NCBI GenBank assembly: GCA_963793425.1
Contig: CAWCAG010000005.1
Span: 1,525,178 to 1,589,177, forward strand
DNA from: an uncultured cyanobacterium
GTDB lineage: Bacteria; Cyanobacteriota; Cyanobacteriia; Cyanobacteriales; CAWCAG01
Direction of reading: 5' to 3'
Length of the DNA: 64,000 nucleotides
The notes beneath the pieces were generated by a model, which was not told the origin of the DNA, did not search any database, and worked only from the letters and a program-made list of their open reading frames with translations. The stretch's first letter is position 1; every line of letters begins with the position of its first letter. Shown here one piece after another: positions 8,840-18,338 of the stretch. The position numbers and the translations under genes were made by a program.

Positions 8840-9316
8840 TTAACTACAGCCCAATTGTCGGCGTGCTTCAAACAACCCCACAGCAGCACTAACGGAAAGA
8901 TTTAAACTACGTACTTTCGGTTGACTCATCGGTATGAAAACCATTGTTTGGCAAATTTCCATGACGGTTTGAGGTAAACCCTGAGTTTCGCTGCCAAACA
9001 ACAACCAGTCACTGGCTTGAAAGCTAAAATCTGTATAGCTTTGGACTCCGCGTACACTAAAGCCAATTAATCTTCCTCCCACTTTTTGTTGGAATGCCAG
9101 AAATGCTTCCCAGTCTTGATGTTGGTGTAATTTGACATGAGGCCAGTAATCTAAACCAGCTCGCTTGAGATAGCGATCGCTAATTTCAAAGCCCAAAGGT
9201 GCAACTAAATGAAGTTCTGTCCCTGTAGCAGCACAAGTGCGAGCAATATTGCCAGTATTGGGGGGGATTTGGGGGTTGACAAGCACAAGTTTTGGCATAA
9301 TCTTCTTAAGACGCAC
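8840..9316 (-). CDS. trmL: tRNA (cytidine/uridine-2'-O)-methyltransferase TrmL (SpoU family)
   Basis: 158-aa ORF: LVNPQIPPNTGNIARTCAATGTELHLVAPLGF and the C-terminal SLNLSVSAAV knot motif. Confidence 0.9.
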   Translation of the reverse strand: MRLKKIMPKLVLVNPQIPPNTGNIARTCAATGTELHLVAPLGFEISDRYLKRAGLDYWPHVKLHQHQDWEAFLAFQQKVGGRLIGFSVRGVQSYTDFSFQASDWLLFGSETQGLPQTVMEICQTMVFIPMSQPKVRSLNLSVSAAVGLFEARRQLGCS

Positions 9317-9551
9317 CTATTCGTTTTTCTTAGCCATAGCATCACTCTTTAGATAGTACTTTATTCTCTCTTAAGATTGATTTTATCTAAAACATTCCTT
9401 ATTTCTTAAGGAAACATATAGTTTTTTTTTATAGGTATGTTTGTAAGTGGATTGATTAGAATTTCATGACTTTGAAAAAGGTGTTAAACGATTACTGATT
9501 AGTATTGAACATGGAGTCTATAAGCTTTACTGTCAGAGACTTAGCTCAAAA

Positions 9552-10691
9552 TCAAGCCACCAGAAGCTGACAGAGTTTATCTTCCAATTCATGTTCTTGT
9601 TGAGCCATTTCTTGGCTACCTTTAGCTAGTATTTGTGAAATAGTTTTTCCTTGGTTGTATTGTTTCAACCATTGCTGGGCAGTGTTACCTTCTCGGAAAA
9701 TTTTCTTTAAGGGAGAGAGAAAACAGCTATAACCATTTTTCTTCGCAACAGGCCAGACTTGTTGATAAATTTGTTCCAGCCACTCTTGGGCCAAAATCGG
9801 TTGACCATCTTGCCAGTGGTGTAGCTGGGCTTCAAGACTATTAACGGCTACGGCTTGTTCATTAGCATTAGTTAAAACGATTAACTCTTCTGGAGAAAAC
9901 TTACTACTCACTAAAGGATCAAGACTAGGGTCAGAGAACATTTGTTTTAAACGCGCTTCCAACAAAGCCATAACTGCTAGTAAAGCGAGAGGATCTACCA
10001 TTAAGTCGCAAATCCTCAATTCTAAACGATTAAGGTTATAAGGACGGCGATCACCATTTGGTCTTACAGATGACCAAAGATGGCGAACATTTCGCATTGT
10101 TCCTGCTGATAATTGTTCTTCAGTCCACCGGATGAAGTGAGAGTGACTTTCAAACAAAGGTACGTGGGCAGGAGTTTGAGGGAAGGTATGCCAGCGTGTG
10201 GAATGGTAACCTGTCGCTTTACCTCCCAAAAAAGGAGAAGAAGCGCTCAAAGCCAGGTAAAGAGGTGCTTCAACTCTAATTAACCGACAGGCCTTCATTA
10301 ATAATTCTGGGTCGTCAATACCGACATTAATATGGATGCTGGCCGTAACAACCGTTGTGCCGTAGGTTTTTTCGATGTAGCTATGATAAGGATTTTTTGG
10401 ATCAGAACGATAAAAGCGGCTAGTATCTCCTAAAGATAAAGTACTACCGGGAATTAAAGTATAGTTACCTAACTTTTTTAAATAATTTCTCAGATTTTGT
10501 CGCGGACGTACCAAGGCGCAAAGCAAGCGATCATAACAATATAAAGGTGCGGTAGTATATTCCACATTACGACTGTCTGGTTCCCGTACAAAGCCTTGTA
10601 AGTCGGCAACAATACGGTCTGATAGACCGACAATTTCTCCTTGAGGAGTGCCGGTATACATTTCAACTTCAAAGCCTTTGGATAGTAGCAC
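9552..10691 (-). CDS. gshA: glutamate--cysteine ligase (cyanobacterial GshA type)
   Basis: 379-aa ORF. The N-terminus MLLSKGFEVEMYTGTPQGEIVGLSDRIV and the overall pattern match my memory of cyanobacterial GshA. No search was run. Confidence 0.75.
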   Translation of the reverse strand: MLLSKGFEVEMYTGTPQGEIVGLSDRIVADLQGFVREPDSRNVEYTTAPLYCYDRLLCALVRPRQNLRNYLKKLGNYTLIPGSTLSLGDTSRFYRSDPKNPYHSYIEKTYGTTVVTASIHINVGIDDPELLMKACRLIRVEAPLYLALSASSPFLGGKATGYHSTRWHTFPQTPAHVPLFESHSHFIRWTEEQLSAGTMRNVRHLWSSVRPNGDRRPYNLNRLELRICDLMVDPLALLAVMALLEARLKQMFSDPSLDPLVSSKFSPEELIVLTNANEQAVAVNSLEAQLHHWQDGQPILAQEWLEQIYQQVWPVAKKNGYSCFLSPLKKIFREGNTAQQWLKQYNQGKTISQILAKGSQEMAQQEHELEDKLCQLLVA

Positions 10692-10878
10692 GATATTTTC
10701 ACCTGATGAACTAAAGACGGCCAGCAGTCTACAAAGAAATTTTCAAAGGGCAGCTAGTCCACTCTCTAAGTCTAGACTACTAAAGATCATTCCCGTTTGT
10801 CCTTTGCCTAAAGTGAGAAAGCTTGTCGGGAACAGATTGATTTTTTACATCTGAAGTTAGATAGAACTAGGTAAGGTT

Positions 10879-11982
10879 ATGGGAGTTAGTTTAAGAATTT
10901 TCCAGGATATGAGCATTAATATTAGCTATCTATCTATCATGACATGGGCAGTACCGATTGCTTTGATTGTTGTTGGGGCATTAGCTGGCATTATTTTTGA
11001 GAAAATAATTCTCAAGAAGATGGTGGCAATTACTCGCAGGACTACTTCAAAAATCGATGACCGATTGTTCCTTTCTTTACGAGGTATCGGTTTAATTTGG
11101 TTCTTTTTGGCTGGTCTTTATGGTGCAGTTTTGTTTAGTAAGCTGAACGCGGATAGTGCGGCTTTTCTTGAAAAAATACTTTTAGTCGTTATTACTTATT
11201 CTTTCGCTTTATTTGCTTCTAGAGTGATTGTTGTTGTCATTAGTTTGTTGTTGAAGAAGTTTCCTAGTATACCTACTTCTCTAACTTCTAATTTAGTGAG
11301 AATTATCATTTTTGGTTTCACAACCTTAGTTGTTTTACAAAATTTAGGTATTGATATTACCACAATAATTACTACTCTAGGGATTGGTGGTTTAGCAGTA
11401 GCTTTGGCACTACAAGATACTCTATCAAATTTATTTGCTGGCTTTTATATCACTTTATCTGGACAAGTAAGGACAGGAGATTATATTAAGCTGGAAACTA
11501 GTCAAGAAGGCTATGTAATTGATATTAGTTGGCGTAACACTACAGTTAAAGAGTTACCCGATAATCTAGTAATTATCCCCAACTCTAAGTTGGCTTCAGC
11601 TATTTTTACTAACTACCATTTACCTGCCAAAAATATCACCCTAACTTTTTCTTTGGGAGTTAGTTACGAAAGCGACTTAGAGAAAGTGGAAAGAGTAACA
11701 ATTGAAGTGGCAAATGAAGTGATGACAGAAGTTTGTCAAATCAAAACTGATTTTGAGCCGTTTATTTTATACGAAACATTTAATGATTTTAGTATTGATT
11801 TCACGGTATTTTTGCGAGTTAATGAATTTTTAGAAAAACGCACAGTTAGGCATGAATTTATTAAAAGATTGCACCGTCGCTATAACGAAGAAGGAATAAA
11901 CATTCCTTTTCCCATCCGCGATGTGAATTTTACTCCCCACAACGGTAAAGGGGTTAAGGAAGTCATAAGTAATAATTTGTAA
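10879..11982 (+). CDS. mechanosensitive ion channel (MscS family)
   Basis: 367-aa ORF with N-terminal TM helices and the MscS pore/beta-domain motif GIGGLAVALALQDTLSNLFAGFYITLSGQVRTGDYI. The true start may be an internal Met. Confidence 0.85.
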   Translation: MGVSLRIFQDMSINISYLSIMTWAVPIALIVVGALAGIIFEKIILKKMVAITRRTTSKIDDRLFLSLRGIGLIWFFLAGLYGAVLFSKLNADSAAFLEKILLVVITYSFALFASRVIVVVISLLLKKFPSIPTSLTSNLVRIIIFGFTTLVVLQNLGIDITTIITTLGIGGLAVALALQDTLSNLFAGFYITLSGQVRTGDYIKLETSQEGYVIDISWRNTTVKELPDNLVIIPNSKLASAIFTNYHLPAKNITLTFSLGVSYESDLEKVERVTIEVANEVMTEVCQIKTDFEPFILYETFNDFSIDFTVFLRVNEFLEKRTVRHEFIKRLHRRYNEEGINIPFPIRDVNFTPHNGKGVKEVISNNL

Positions 11983-12004
11983 AGTCTTTTCGTTCCCTTG
12001 TTGC

Positions 12005-12056
12005 AAAAAAAATAAGCGGACAAGATTTAATCTTATCCGCTCAAATTTCTCTTTTT
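12005..12056 (+). terminator. probable terminator after the MscS gene
   Basis: Stem agcggacaagat (12015-12026) / atcttatccgct (12030-12041), 11 of 12 pairs, loop tta. It is preceded by A8 and followed by T-rich sequence that is not immediately adjacent. Confidence 0.5.
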
Positions 12057-12414
12057 CATAAAGTGAATCATGCTTAGCAATCTAGTACTAGTTAATTTCG
12101 CTAGTGGATGTTCTAGGAAAAACTTGTGTGATTGCCGCAGCAGTATTTTGAATTATTGCTAATTCAGACCTGATTTTACTTAACAAGACAAGAGAGTGAG
12201 GATGTAATCACTAATTTAGCCAAGTAGTGAGGTAAATACTTGGTCAAATTACTCGGATGAACCAACATTAACACTGAGAAAACTAGACTTTGTACAATTT
12301 GCTACCATTCTCTACATATAAACGTTGATTGTCAGAGCATTTTTATATTACAAAAAAAGTAAAAAAACTGAGTTATCATCTATCAAGTGTGTTTAAGTGT
12401 GAGGAAAGTCAACC

Positions 12415-14076
12415 GTGTACAAACTACTATGGCAATCGCTTTTAGTTAGTCCGGCCCTGTTTGGATTAGCATTGGCAGCTAACGCTGCGGAAAACTCTGT
12501 CAGCAGTGAATATAACCAACAAGAAATTACGGATACTGAAGTATCTCCGGAACTAAATTTTGCAGCATCCGAAGAAACTTCCATTGCTCAGTCTGATACC
12601 AGTGAAATGATTGAGCAAATCAATGAATACAGTGGCGATCGCAATGCCCTTGATCAAGTAACCAGCGTTAATCAGCTTTCTGATATCGATCCATTTTGGT
12701 TCAGCGCTGTACAAAAAATGGTTGACAAATACGGCTGTATTGTTGGCTATCCCGACGGAACTTTCAAAGGACAAAGAAATATTACCCGCTACGAATTTGC
12801 AGCAGCAGTTAGCCGTTGTATGGAGTGGGTTGAAGAAAACATTGGTAGTGTAGATGGTACTGATTTAGCTACTCTACGCCGCTTAGTAGAAGAGTTTGAA
12901 ACTGAACTTGCTGTATTAGGAGCCAGGGTTGATGACTTAGAAGGGCGTGTTGCTTTTGTTGAGGATAATCAATTCTCCACCACAACCAAGTTGTCTGGTG
13001 AAGTTATTATGCAAGTATCCGATGAATTTGGCGGCACTGCGGATAACAACACTGTTTTTCAAGATAGGGTTCGTTTAACCCTCAATACTAGCTTCACTGG
13101 GCAAGATACCCTAGTTACCCGTTTAGCGGCTGGAAACGGTTCTGCTTATGGTGTTGATGGCAGCAGTGAAGGAACTTTAAGCGTTGCTACTTTTGTTCCT
13201 GGTGGCGGTGGTAACAATGTCCAAATGGACTGGTTAGCTTATTACTTCCCCTTCGGACAGTCTCAAGTGTACATCGCTGGTTTTAATGGTATTCATAGCG
13301 ATTATGTTAATACCATTAACCCCTACTTTGAAGACTATGACGGTGGTAATGGCGCTTTGACAGCCTTCGCTTCAGAAAGCCCCATTTATCGCATCGGTTT
13401 TGGCTCCGGTGCAGGTGTTAACTTTGGAGTTGGCCCCGCCACCCTAACCTTGGGTTACTTAGCTGCGGAGGGAGAAAGCCCTGGTTTAGGTCAAGGTTTG
13501 TTTAATGGTGACTATGCAGGCTTGGCACAGCTAGATTTTAACCTGGGCGACAAACTAGGTATTGGTGTCACCTACGTCAACAGCTACAATGCTTCGGGTG
13601 GAATATTTTCTGGTGTAACAGGTTCCTTCGGTGCTAATAACCCTGCTGGTTCACTGGTAGGCACTACTTTCTCTTCATCTCCTGCGGTTGTTAACGCCTA
13701 TGGTGTAGAAGCTGCTTTCCAACTCGCTGACACAATTTCTATCAGTGGTTATGGTATGTACGCTGATGTCATTGATGTCCTCAACGCTGCTGGAGACAAC
13801 GAAGTTTGGAGTTATGGTGGCGGTATTGCCTTTGCTGATCTTGGTAAAGAAGGAAATCTTTTAGGCATCTTTGCTGGGGCGCAACCTTATGCCGGAAGCC
13901 TTAATGCTACTGTAACCAGTAATGATATTCCTCTCCATGTGGAAGGTTTCTACAAGTACCAGGTAAATGACAACATTTCCATTACTCCTGGTGTAGTTTG
14001 GGTGACAAACCCCAACCAAAGTGAAGCTAATTCCGATCTCTTCATCGGTACTCTTAGAACCACCTTTACTTTCTAA
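12415..14076 (+). CDS. outer-membrane porin, SLH domain + OprB-like beta-barrel
   Basis: 553-aa ORF with a GTG start preceded by gaggaaag. Signal peptide ...GLALAANA. SLH motif (VQKMVDKYGCIVGYPDGTFKGQRNITRYEFAAAV). A coiled segment, then a Gly/aromatic-rich barrel ending ...LRTTFTF. Confidence 0.85.
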   Translation: MYKLLWQSLLVSPALFGLALAANAAENSVSSEYNQQEITDTEVSPELNFAASEETSIAQSDTSEMIEQINEYSGDRNALDQVTSVNQLSDIDPFWFSAVQKMVDKYGCIVGYPDGTFKGQRNITRYEFAAAVSRCMEWVEENIGSVDGTDLATLRRLVEEFETELAVLGARVDDLEGRVAFVEDNQFSTTTKLSGEVIMQVSDEFGGTADNNTVFQDRVRLTLNTSFTGQDTLVTRLAAGNGSAYGVDGSSEGTLSVATFVPGGGGNNVQMDWLAYYFPFGQSQVYIAGFNGIHSDYVNTINPYFEDYDGGNGALTAFASESPIYRIGFGSGAGVNFGVGPATLTLGYLAAEGESPGLGQGLFNGDYAGLAQLDFNLGDKLGIGVTYVNSYNASGGIFSGVTGSFGANNPAGSLVGTTFSSSPAVVNAYGVEAAFQLADTISISGYGMYADVIDVLNAAGDNEVWSYGGGIAFADLGKEGNLLGIFAGAQPYAGSLNATVTSNDIPLHVEGFYKYQVNDNISITPGVVWVTNPNQSEANSDLFIGTLRTTFTF

Positions 14077-14110
14077 AAGAGTTGGTTTAGATAATTAGAT
14101 TTTGCTCGCA

Positions 14111-14138
14111 AAAGCCCTGTGTATGCAGGGCTTTTTTT
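14111..14138. terminator. bidirectional rho-independent terminator (porin / HDAC-like convergent pair)
   Basis: aaa-gccctg (14114-14119), loop tgtatg, cagggc (14126-14131), followed by T7. Confidence 0.8.
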
Positions 14139-14150
14139 GTCTGCTAGCCA

Positions 14151-15065
14151 CTAAAGTTTATACTGCTGGAATACTTCAGTCGCTGCCTTATGTAACAAAG
14201 AATGGCGATAAATCAATCCGGACATATTCTGGGAATAACCACCACCTATCACACAAGCAACAGGATATCCTGCACTGATACAAGTAGTTAAAACTTGCAT
14301 TTCTCGCCGATAAATTCCCATATCTGTGAGGGCTAACTTCCCCAATCTATCTTCTACATGAGTATCTACCCCGGCATCATAAATAATTAAATCTGGTTGC
14401 ACTTTTGCCAATAACTCAGGTAAATGTTGAGCCAAAATTTGTAAGTAACTCTCATCATCTAAACCCATAGGCAAAGGTATATCTAAATCGCTGCTTTGTT
14501 TATGATGAGGAAAGTTAGCTTCGCAGTGCATCGAAAAAGTAAATACCCTGGGGTCGTCCTGAAAAATATAAGCAGTACCGTCTCCTTGGTGTACATCTAA
14601 ATCGACAATTAAAACTTTATTTACTAATCCCAATTTCTGTAAAACTCGCGCGGCGATCGCTAAATCATTAAAAATACAAAACCCTGAACCATAGCTAGGA
14701 AAAGCATGGTGTGTCCCACCAACTGTATTACAAGCTAAACCTCTTTTTAAAGCTAGCTGTGCGGTTAATATTGTCCCCCCAACTGCTGTACAAGTACGAT
14801 TTGCTAATTCCAGACTCCAAGGTAGCCCGATGCGCCTCTGGGCTTTGGGTTCTAAATTTCCTGAACAGTAAGCTGCAACGTAATCAGGAGTATGTACTAA
14901 TTTTAGCCATTCCTGAGATGCCGGTTCGGGAGTTTCTATTTGCGATCGCTTAACAATCTTTTTCGCCAGTAGGTATTGATATAAGCCCCCAAACTTCGGC
15001 ATCGGAAAGCGATGTCCTTCTGGTAAAGGGGCAACATAATGGGGATGATGTATAACAGGCAGCAT
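14151..15065 (-). CDS. histone deacetylase-family (acetoin utilisation/acetylpolyamine amidohydrolase-like) protein
   Basis: 304-aa ORF with class I/II HDAC motifs: GGTHHAFPSYGSGFCIFNDLAIA, DLDVHQGDGT. Confidence 0.9.
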   Translation of the reverse strand: MLPVIHHPHYVAPLPEGHRFPMPKFGGLYQYLLAKKIVKRSQIETPEPASQEWLKLVHTPDYVAAYCSGNLEPKAQRRIGLPWSLELANRTCTAVGGTILTAQLALKRGLACNTVGGTHHAFPSYGSGFCIFNDLAIAARVLQKLGLVNKVLIVDLDVHQGDGTAYIFQDDPRVFTFSMHCEANFPHHKQSSDLDIPLPMGLDDESYLQILAQHLPELLAKVQPDLIIYDAGVDTHVEDRLGKLALTDMGIYRREMQVLTTCISAGYPVACVIGGGYSQNMSGLIYRHSLLHKAATEVFQQYKL

Positions 15066-15117
15066 TTATTCAGTTATAGATAAGCAAATGATGCCTACAA
15101 TTAGTGGCAAACCGTTC

Positions 15118-15690
15118 TTAATCAGGAAGAGCAAATCCTGTACGAGGATCGCGGATATATAAACCTAGTACCAAAGAGTTCATCACTGTATCCCAAACAG
15201 GGATTAACTTTTCTGCTTCATCAGCCCAATAATCAAAAGTAATCAAGCATTGAACTCCTGAACCCAAACCAATGCAGATACGAGAGTAGGCTTCTCGATC
15301 TTCTTGAGGATCAATAAACTTAATTTGAGTCCAGACAACGCGGGCGGTTTGACGCTTTAGCTGAACAATGTCTCCTCGTTCAATAACATCGCGGCTTTCA
15401 TCCTTAATCACCTTTTTCAAAAGGGGAACTAGAGGAAATTCCTTCCAGTTACCGGGGGGCAAAAGGTTGAAAGAAGCTTCTAAGCGACAATTATCATCAG
15501 GGGGTTTACCATCTAAGAAGCGAAATGATTTTTCATCTGGTTCAAAATGCCAATCATGGGGAACATCAAAGCGTAACGCCCCTCTTCCTGCGACAAAAAT
15601 CCGATTTCCTGGTTGCGATTGCCAGCGATGGTTTTCTTCTAGCTCCAGAGTTTCTTTGATCCACCGACTTTTTTTCTTACGTTTAGACAC
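15118..15690 (-). CDS. hypothetical protein
   Basis: 190-aa ORF with balanced composition, 52 nt downstream of the HDAC-like gene... it lies upstream of that gene on the same strand, so an operon is possible. The antisense 139-aa ORF (15368-15787) is Ser/Arg-rich junk. No motif recognised. Confidence 0.7.
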   Translation of the reverse strand: MSKRKKKSRWIKETLELEENHRWQSQPGNRIFVAGRGALRFDVPHDWHFEPDEKSFRFLDGKPPDDNCRLEASFNLLPPGNWKEFPLVPLLKKVIKDESRDVIERGDIVQLKRQTARVVWTQIKFIDPQEDREAYSRICIGLGSGVQCLITFDYWADEAEKLIPVWDTVMNSLVLGLYIRDPRTGFALPD

Positions 15691-15821
15691 GGCTGCCCTA
15701 ATTTTGACCTACTTTGCTTATTTTAGAGCTTACTCAGAAAAACAGGAAAGAGAGAAGAGGAAAAGCTATGTACCTCATGTGGCTTAGAATTACTATAAGT
15801 GTTCAGCATTAAACTCAATTG

Positions 15822-15998
15822 ATGAAAAAGCACCACTTCAATATTGATAGAGTTCAAGAGCCGATTATTCAAGCCCCACCTGATATTAAGAAGTTAATCG
15901 AGGGAGTTTTAGCTTTAGAAAAAGAGCGACTCCACCAAAAAGTACCGCGCAATATTAATGAAGATATTCTCAAAATAATTAAAGACGTTGTGCAATGA
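15822..15998 (+). CDS. small hypothetical protein (58 aa), translationally coupled to the downstream ATPase
   Basis: Below the ORF-track cutoff. ATG at 15822, protein MKKHHFNIDRVQEPIIQAPPDIKKLIEGVLALEKERLHQKVPRNINEDILKIIKDVVQ. Its stop TGA (15996-15998) overlaps the ATG (15995) of the next gene as ATGA. Confidence 0.5.
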   Translation: MKKHHFNIDRVQEPIIQAPPDIKKLIEGVLALEKERLHQKVPRNINEDILKIIKDVVQ

Positions 15999-18058
15999 TC
16001 TTAACATCAATTAGGTTGTGTAATTTTCGCCAATTTTATGGCAAAACTCCGGAAATGCAACTTTCAGCCGGGGAACATAACACTACTATATTTCACGGCA
16101 ATAATGGTTCCGGTAAGACCACCTTGCTCAATGCTTTCACCTGGGCTTTATATGAACAATTTACCGCTGCTTTTGCCTCTCCACAACAGTTAATTAATAA
16201 AAGAGCAATTACTGAAGCTGATTTTGGTCGTTCTGTAGATTGTTGGGTAGAAGTAATGTTTGAGCATGAACATAAACGCTATCAAGTAAAACGCCAATGT
16301 TATGCCCACAATACAGGGGAAAAAATCAACTACAGCGATACAAAATGTTTTATGCAAATTGCTGGGGATGATGGGCGTTGGTATCCGCCTTTAGAACAAC
16401 CGGAAGATGTTATTGGCAGAATTTTGCCCGTTAGTTTACATCACTATTTCTTCTTTGATGGTGAACGCATTGATCGCTTTTTTCGTCAGGATGGTAAAAG
16501 TAGTGTTGCTGAAGATACTAAGGAGTTGATTGGGGTTAAGGTCTTAGATCGGGCTATTGAGCATTTAAAAAAAGCTAAACGCAAACTGCAACAAGAACTG
16601 CAATCTGTTGGTGATTTAGAAATAAAGCAACTTTTACAAGCACAAAGCAAGTTAGAAAACCAAAGCGATCGCCTCGAAACTAGACAAGGAGAAATAGAGA
16701 CTAAATTAGCTCAGCAAGAAGAGTTTAAACAAGCTATTAATAAGCAGCTTTTAGAGTTAAGCGGTGCAGTAGAGTTGCAAAATCAGCGAGAGCAATTAGA
16801 GGAAAGAGAAAAGTCTCTACGCCATACTTTAGTGGAGAAACAAGAAAGTCTGAAAAAAATTATCTCTACTAATGGTTATACGGTTTTCTTAGAGCAGCTA
16901 TTAAGGCAATCAAGTTCTATTATTGGCACAATGCGAGGTAAGGGAGAGTTACCGACAGGAATTAAAAAACAATTTGTTCAGGAATTATTAGAGCAACATC
17001 GTTGTATTTGTGGTGGAGAACTTTTAAAAGGAAGTGAAACTCGTAAAGAAGTAGAAACTTGGCTCGATAAAGCAGGAGTTGCTGATGTCGAAGAAGCGGC
17101 CATTCGCTTAGAAACCCAAGCAGGAGAAATGGAACAGAGAATTCCTCAATTTTGGCAAGAAGTTGATCTCCGGCAAGCTAATATTGAGCAAGCCAGGACA
17201 GAATTAGGGCAGATTGATGAGCAGTTATTTACTATTAGTAAAAAGCTAAGAAATTATCCTGATCATAATATCCAAAAGTTGCAAAAGGATTTAGAAGCAA
17301 CAGAAAAGCTGATTGAACAATTAACTTTAGAAAAAGGAGGTAATCAACAGCTATTAGTTAGCTTCAACCAAGAAAACGCAGCTAAACAAAAGCAAATAGC
17401 TAAACAAAAGCTTAAAGAAGAAAAGCAATTTATTGCTCAACGCCGAATCACTGCTACCCAAGAAGCCATAGACAGAATTATGGAAGTAAAAAGACGCTTA
17501 GAAAAGCAATTTCGTCGTTCTTTAGAACAAAGAGTTCAAGAAATATTCAATTCTATTTCCTTCACTCCTTACATACCCAGATTAAGCCATGACTATGAAT
17601 TATCCTTAATAGAAAACACTTCCGGTAAAGCAATTCAAGTGGCCGCTTCTACAGGAGAAAATCAGATTCTGAGTCTTTCTTTTATAAGCGGAGTTATTGA
17701 TAGAGTTAGGGAATGGAGTTATCAAAATACTCTCATGGGACCTGATAGTAGTACTTTCCCCATTGTCATGGACTCACCTTTTGGTAGCTTAGATGAAATT
17801 TACCGTCGCCAAGTAGCAACCTCTATTCCTAAACTAGCTAATCAACTCATAGTTTTAGTAACCAAAACTCAATGGCGAGGAGAAGTAGCAGAGGAAATGG
17901 AGAACTATATTGGACAAGAATATGTCTTAGTTTATAACTCTCCTAAATCAGATTGCCAAGCAGATCAAATAGAAATTGCTGGACAAACTTATCCTCTGAT
18001 ACAACGTAGTAATAATGGCTTTGAATATACAGAAATTATTCCTGTGCAAAGGAATTAG
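15995..18058 (+). CDS. DndD/Rad50-like SMC-type ABC ATPase with long coiled coil and central CxC motif
   Basis: 687-aa ORF. N-terminal IRLCNFRQFYG...GNNGSGKTTLLNAFTWALY (Walker A), YFFFDGERI, ~330 aa of K/E/Q/L heptad-rich sequence, HRCICGGEL at aa 335-343, and C-terminal STGENQILSLSF (signature-like) plus FPIVMDSPFGSLD (Walker B/D-loop). Confidence 0.85.
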   Translation: MILTSIRLCNFRQFYGKTPEMQLSAGEHNTTIFHGNNGSGKTTLLNAFTWALYEQFTAAFASPQQLINKRAITEADFGRSVDCWVEVMFEHEHKRYQVKRQCYAHNTGEKINYSDTKCFMQIAGDDGRWYPPLEQPEDVIGRILPVSLHHYFFFDGERIDRFFRQDGKSSVAEDTKELIGVKVLDRAIEHLKKAKRKLQQELQSVGDLEIKQLLQAQSKLENQSDRLETRQGEIETKLAQQEEFKQAINKQLLELSGAVELQNQREQLEEREKSLRHTLVEKQESLKKIISTNGYTVFLEQLLRQSSSIIGTMRGKGELPTGIKKQFVQELLEQHRCICGGELLKGSETRKEVETWLDKAGVADVEEAAIRLETQAGEMEQRIPQFWQEVDLRQANIEQARTELGQIDEQLFTISKKLRNYPDHNIQKLQKDLEATEKLIEQLTLEKGGNQQLLVSFNQENAAKQKQIAKQKLKEEKQFIAQRRITATQEAIDRIMEVKRRLEKQFRRSLEQRVQEIFNSISFTPYIPRLSHDYELSLIENTSGKAIQVAASTGENQILSLSFISGVIDRVREWSYQNTLMGPDSSTFPIVMDSPFGSLDEIYRRQVATSIPKLANQLIVLVTKTQWRGEVAEEMENYIGQEYVLVYNSPKSDCQADQIEIAGQTYPLIQRSNNGFEYTEIIPVQRN

Positions 18059-18338
18059 TTACTTCCCTGCGGTCATAATTATTACTTCTTTTACCAGGAC
18101 GTTCCTTAGCCTTATTAACCCTTAATTCTCTGTTCATCCATTCTGCACCATCCAATGCTTCTATAGCTTTTGATTCTTCTTCTTCTGAGGCAAAATCTAC
18201 AAAACCAAAACCGCGCATACGACCAGTTTCTCGGTCAGTTGGAATTGCAACTCGCTTGACACTGCCGTAATCAGAAAAGATATATTTAACATCGTCTTCT
18301 GTTACGCTGTAGGGTAAGTTACCGATATAAATTGACAT
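18036..18338 (-). CDS. RRM-type RNA-binding protein (cyanobacterial Rbp)
   Basis: 100-aa ORF with RNP2 IYIGNL and RNP1 RGFGFVDF. Its 3' end overlaps the ATPase 3' end by 23 nt. Confidence 0.95.
   Translation of the reverse strand: MSIYIGNLPYSVTEDDVKYIFSDYGSVKRVAIPTDRETGRMRGFGFVDFASEEEESKAIEALDGAEWMNRELRVNKAKERPGKRSNNYDRREVTNSFAQE

Noticed and set aside
12292-12305. A perfect NtcA-type palindrome GTA-N8-TAC (gtacaatttgctac) lies ~110 nt upstream of the porin gene.
   Set aside because: GTAN8TAC is expected roughly 15 times by chance in 64 kb. No properly spaced TAN3T -10 box lies ~22 nt downstream. It is kept only as a note.
15368-15787. A 139-aa plus-strand ORF lies antisense to gene 15118-15690.
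   Set aside because: Its Ser/Arg/Lys-rich, low-complexity translation is implausible. The opposite-strand 190-aa protein has normal composition. The small coupled ORF 15822-15998 is the better plus-strand candidate in this region.
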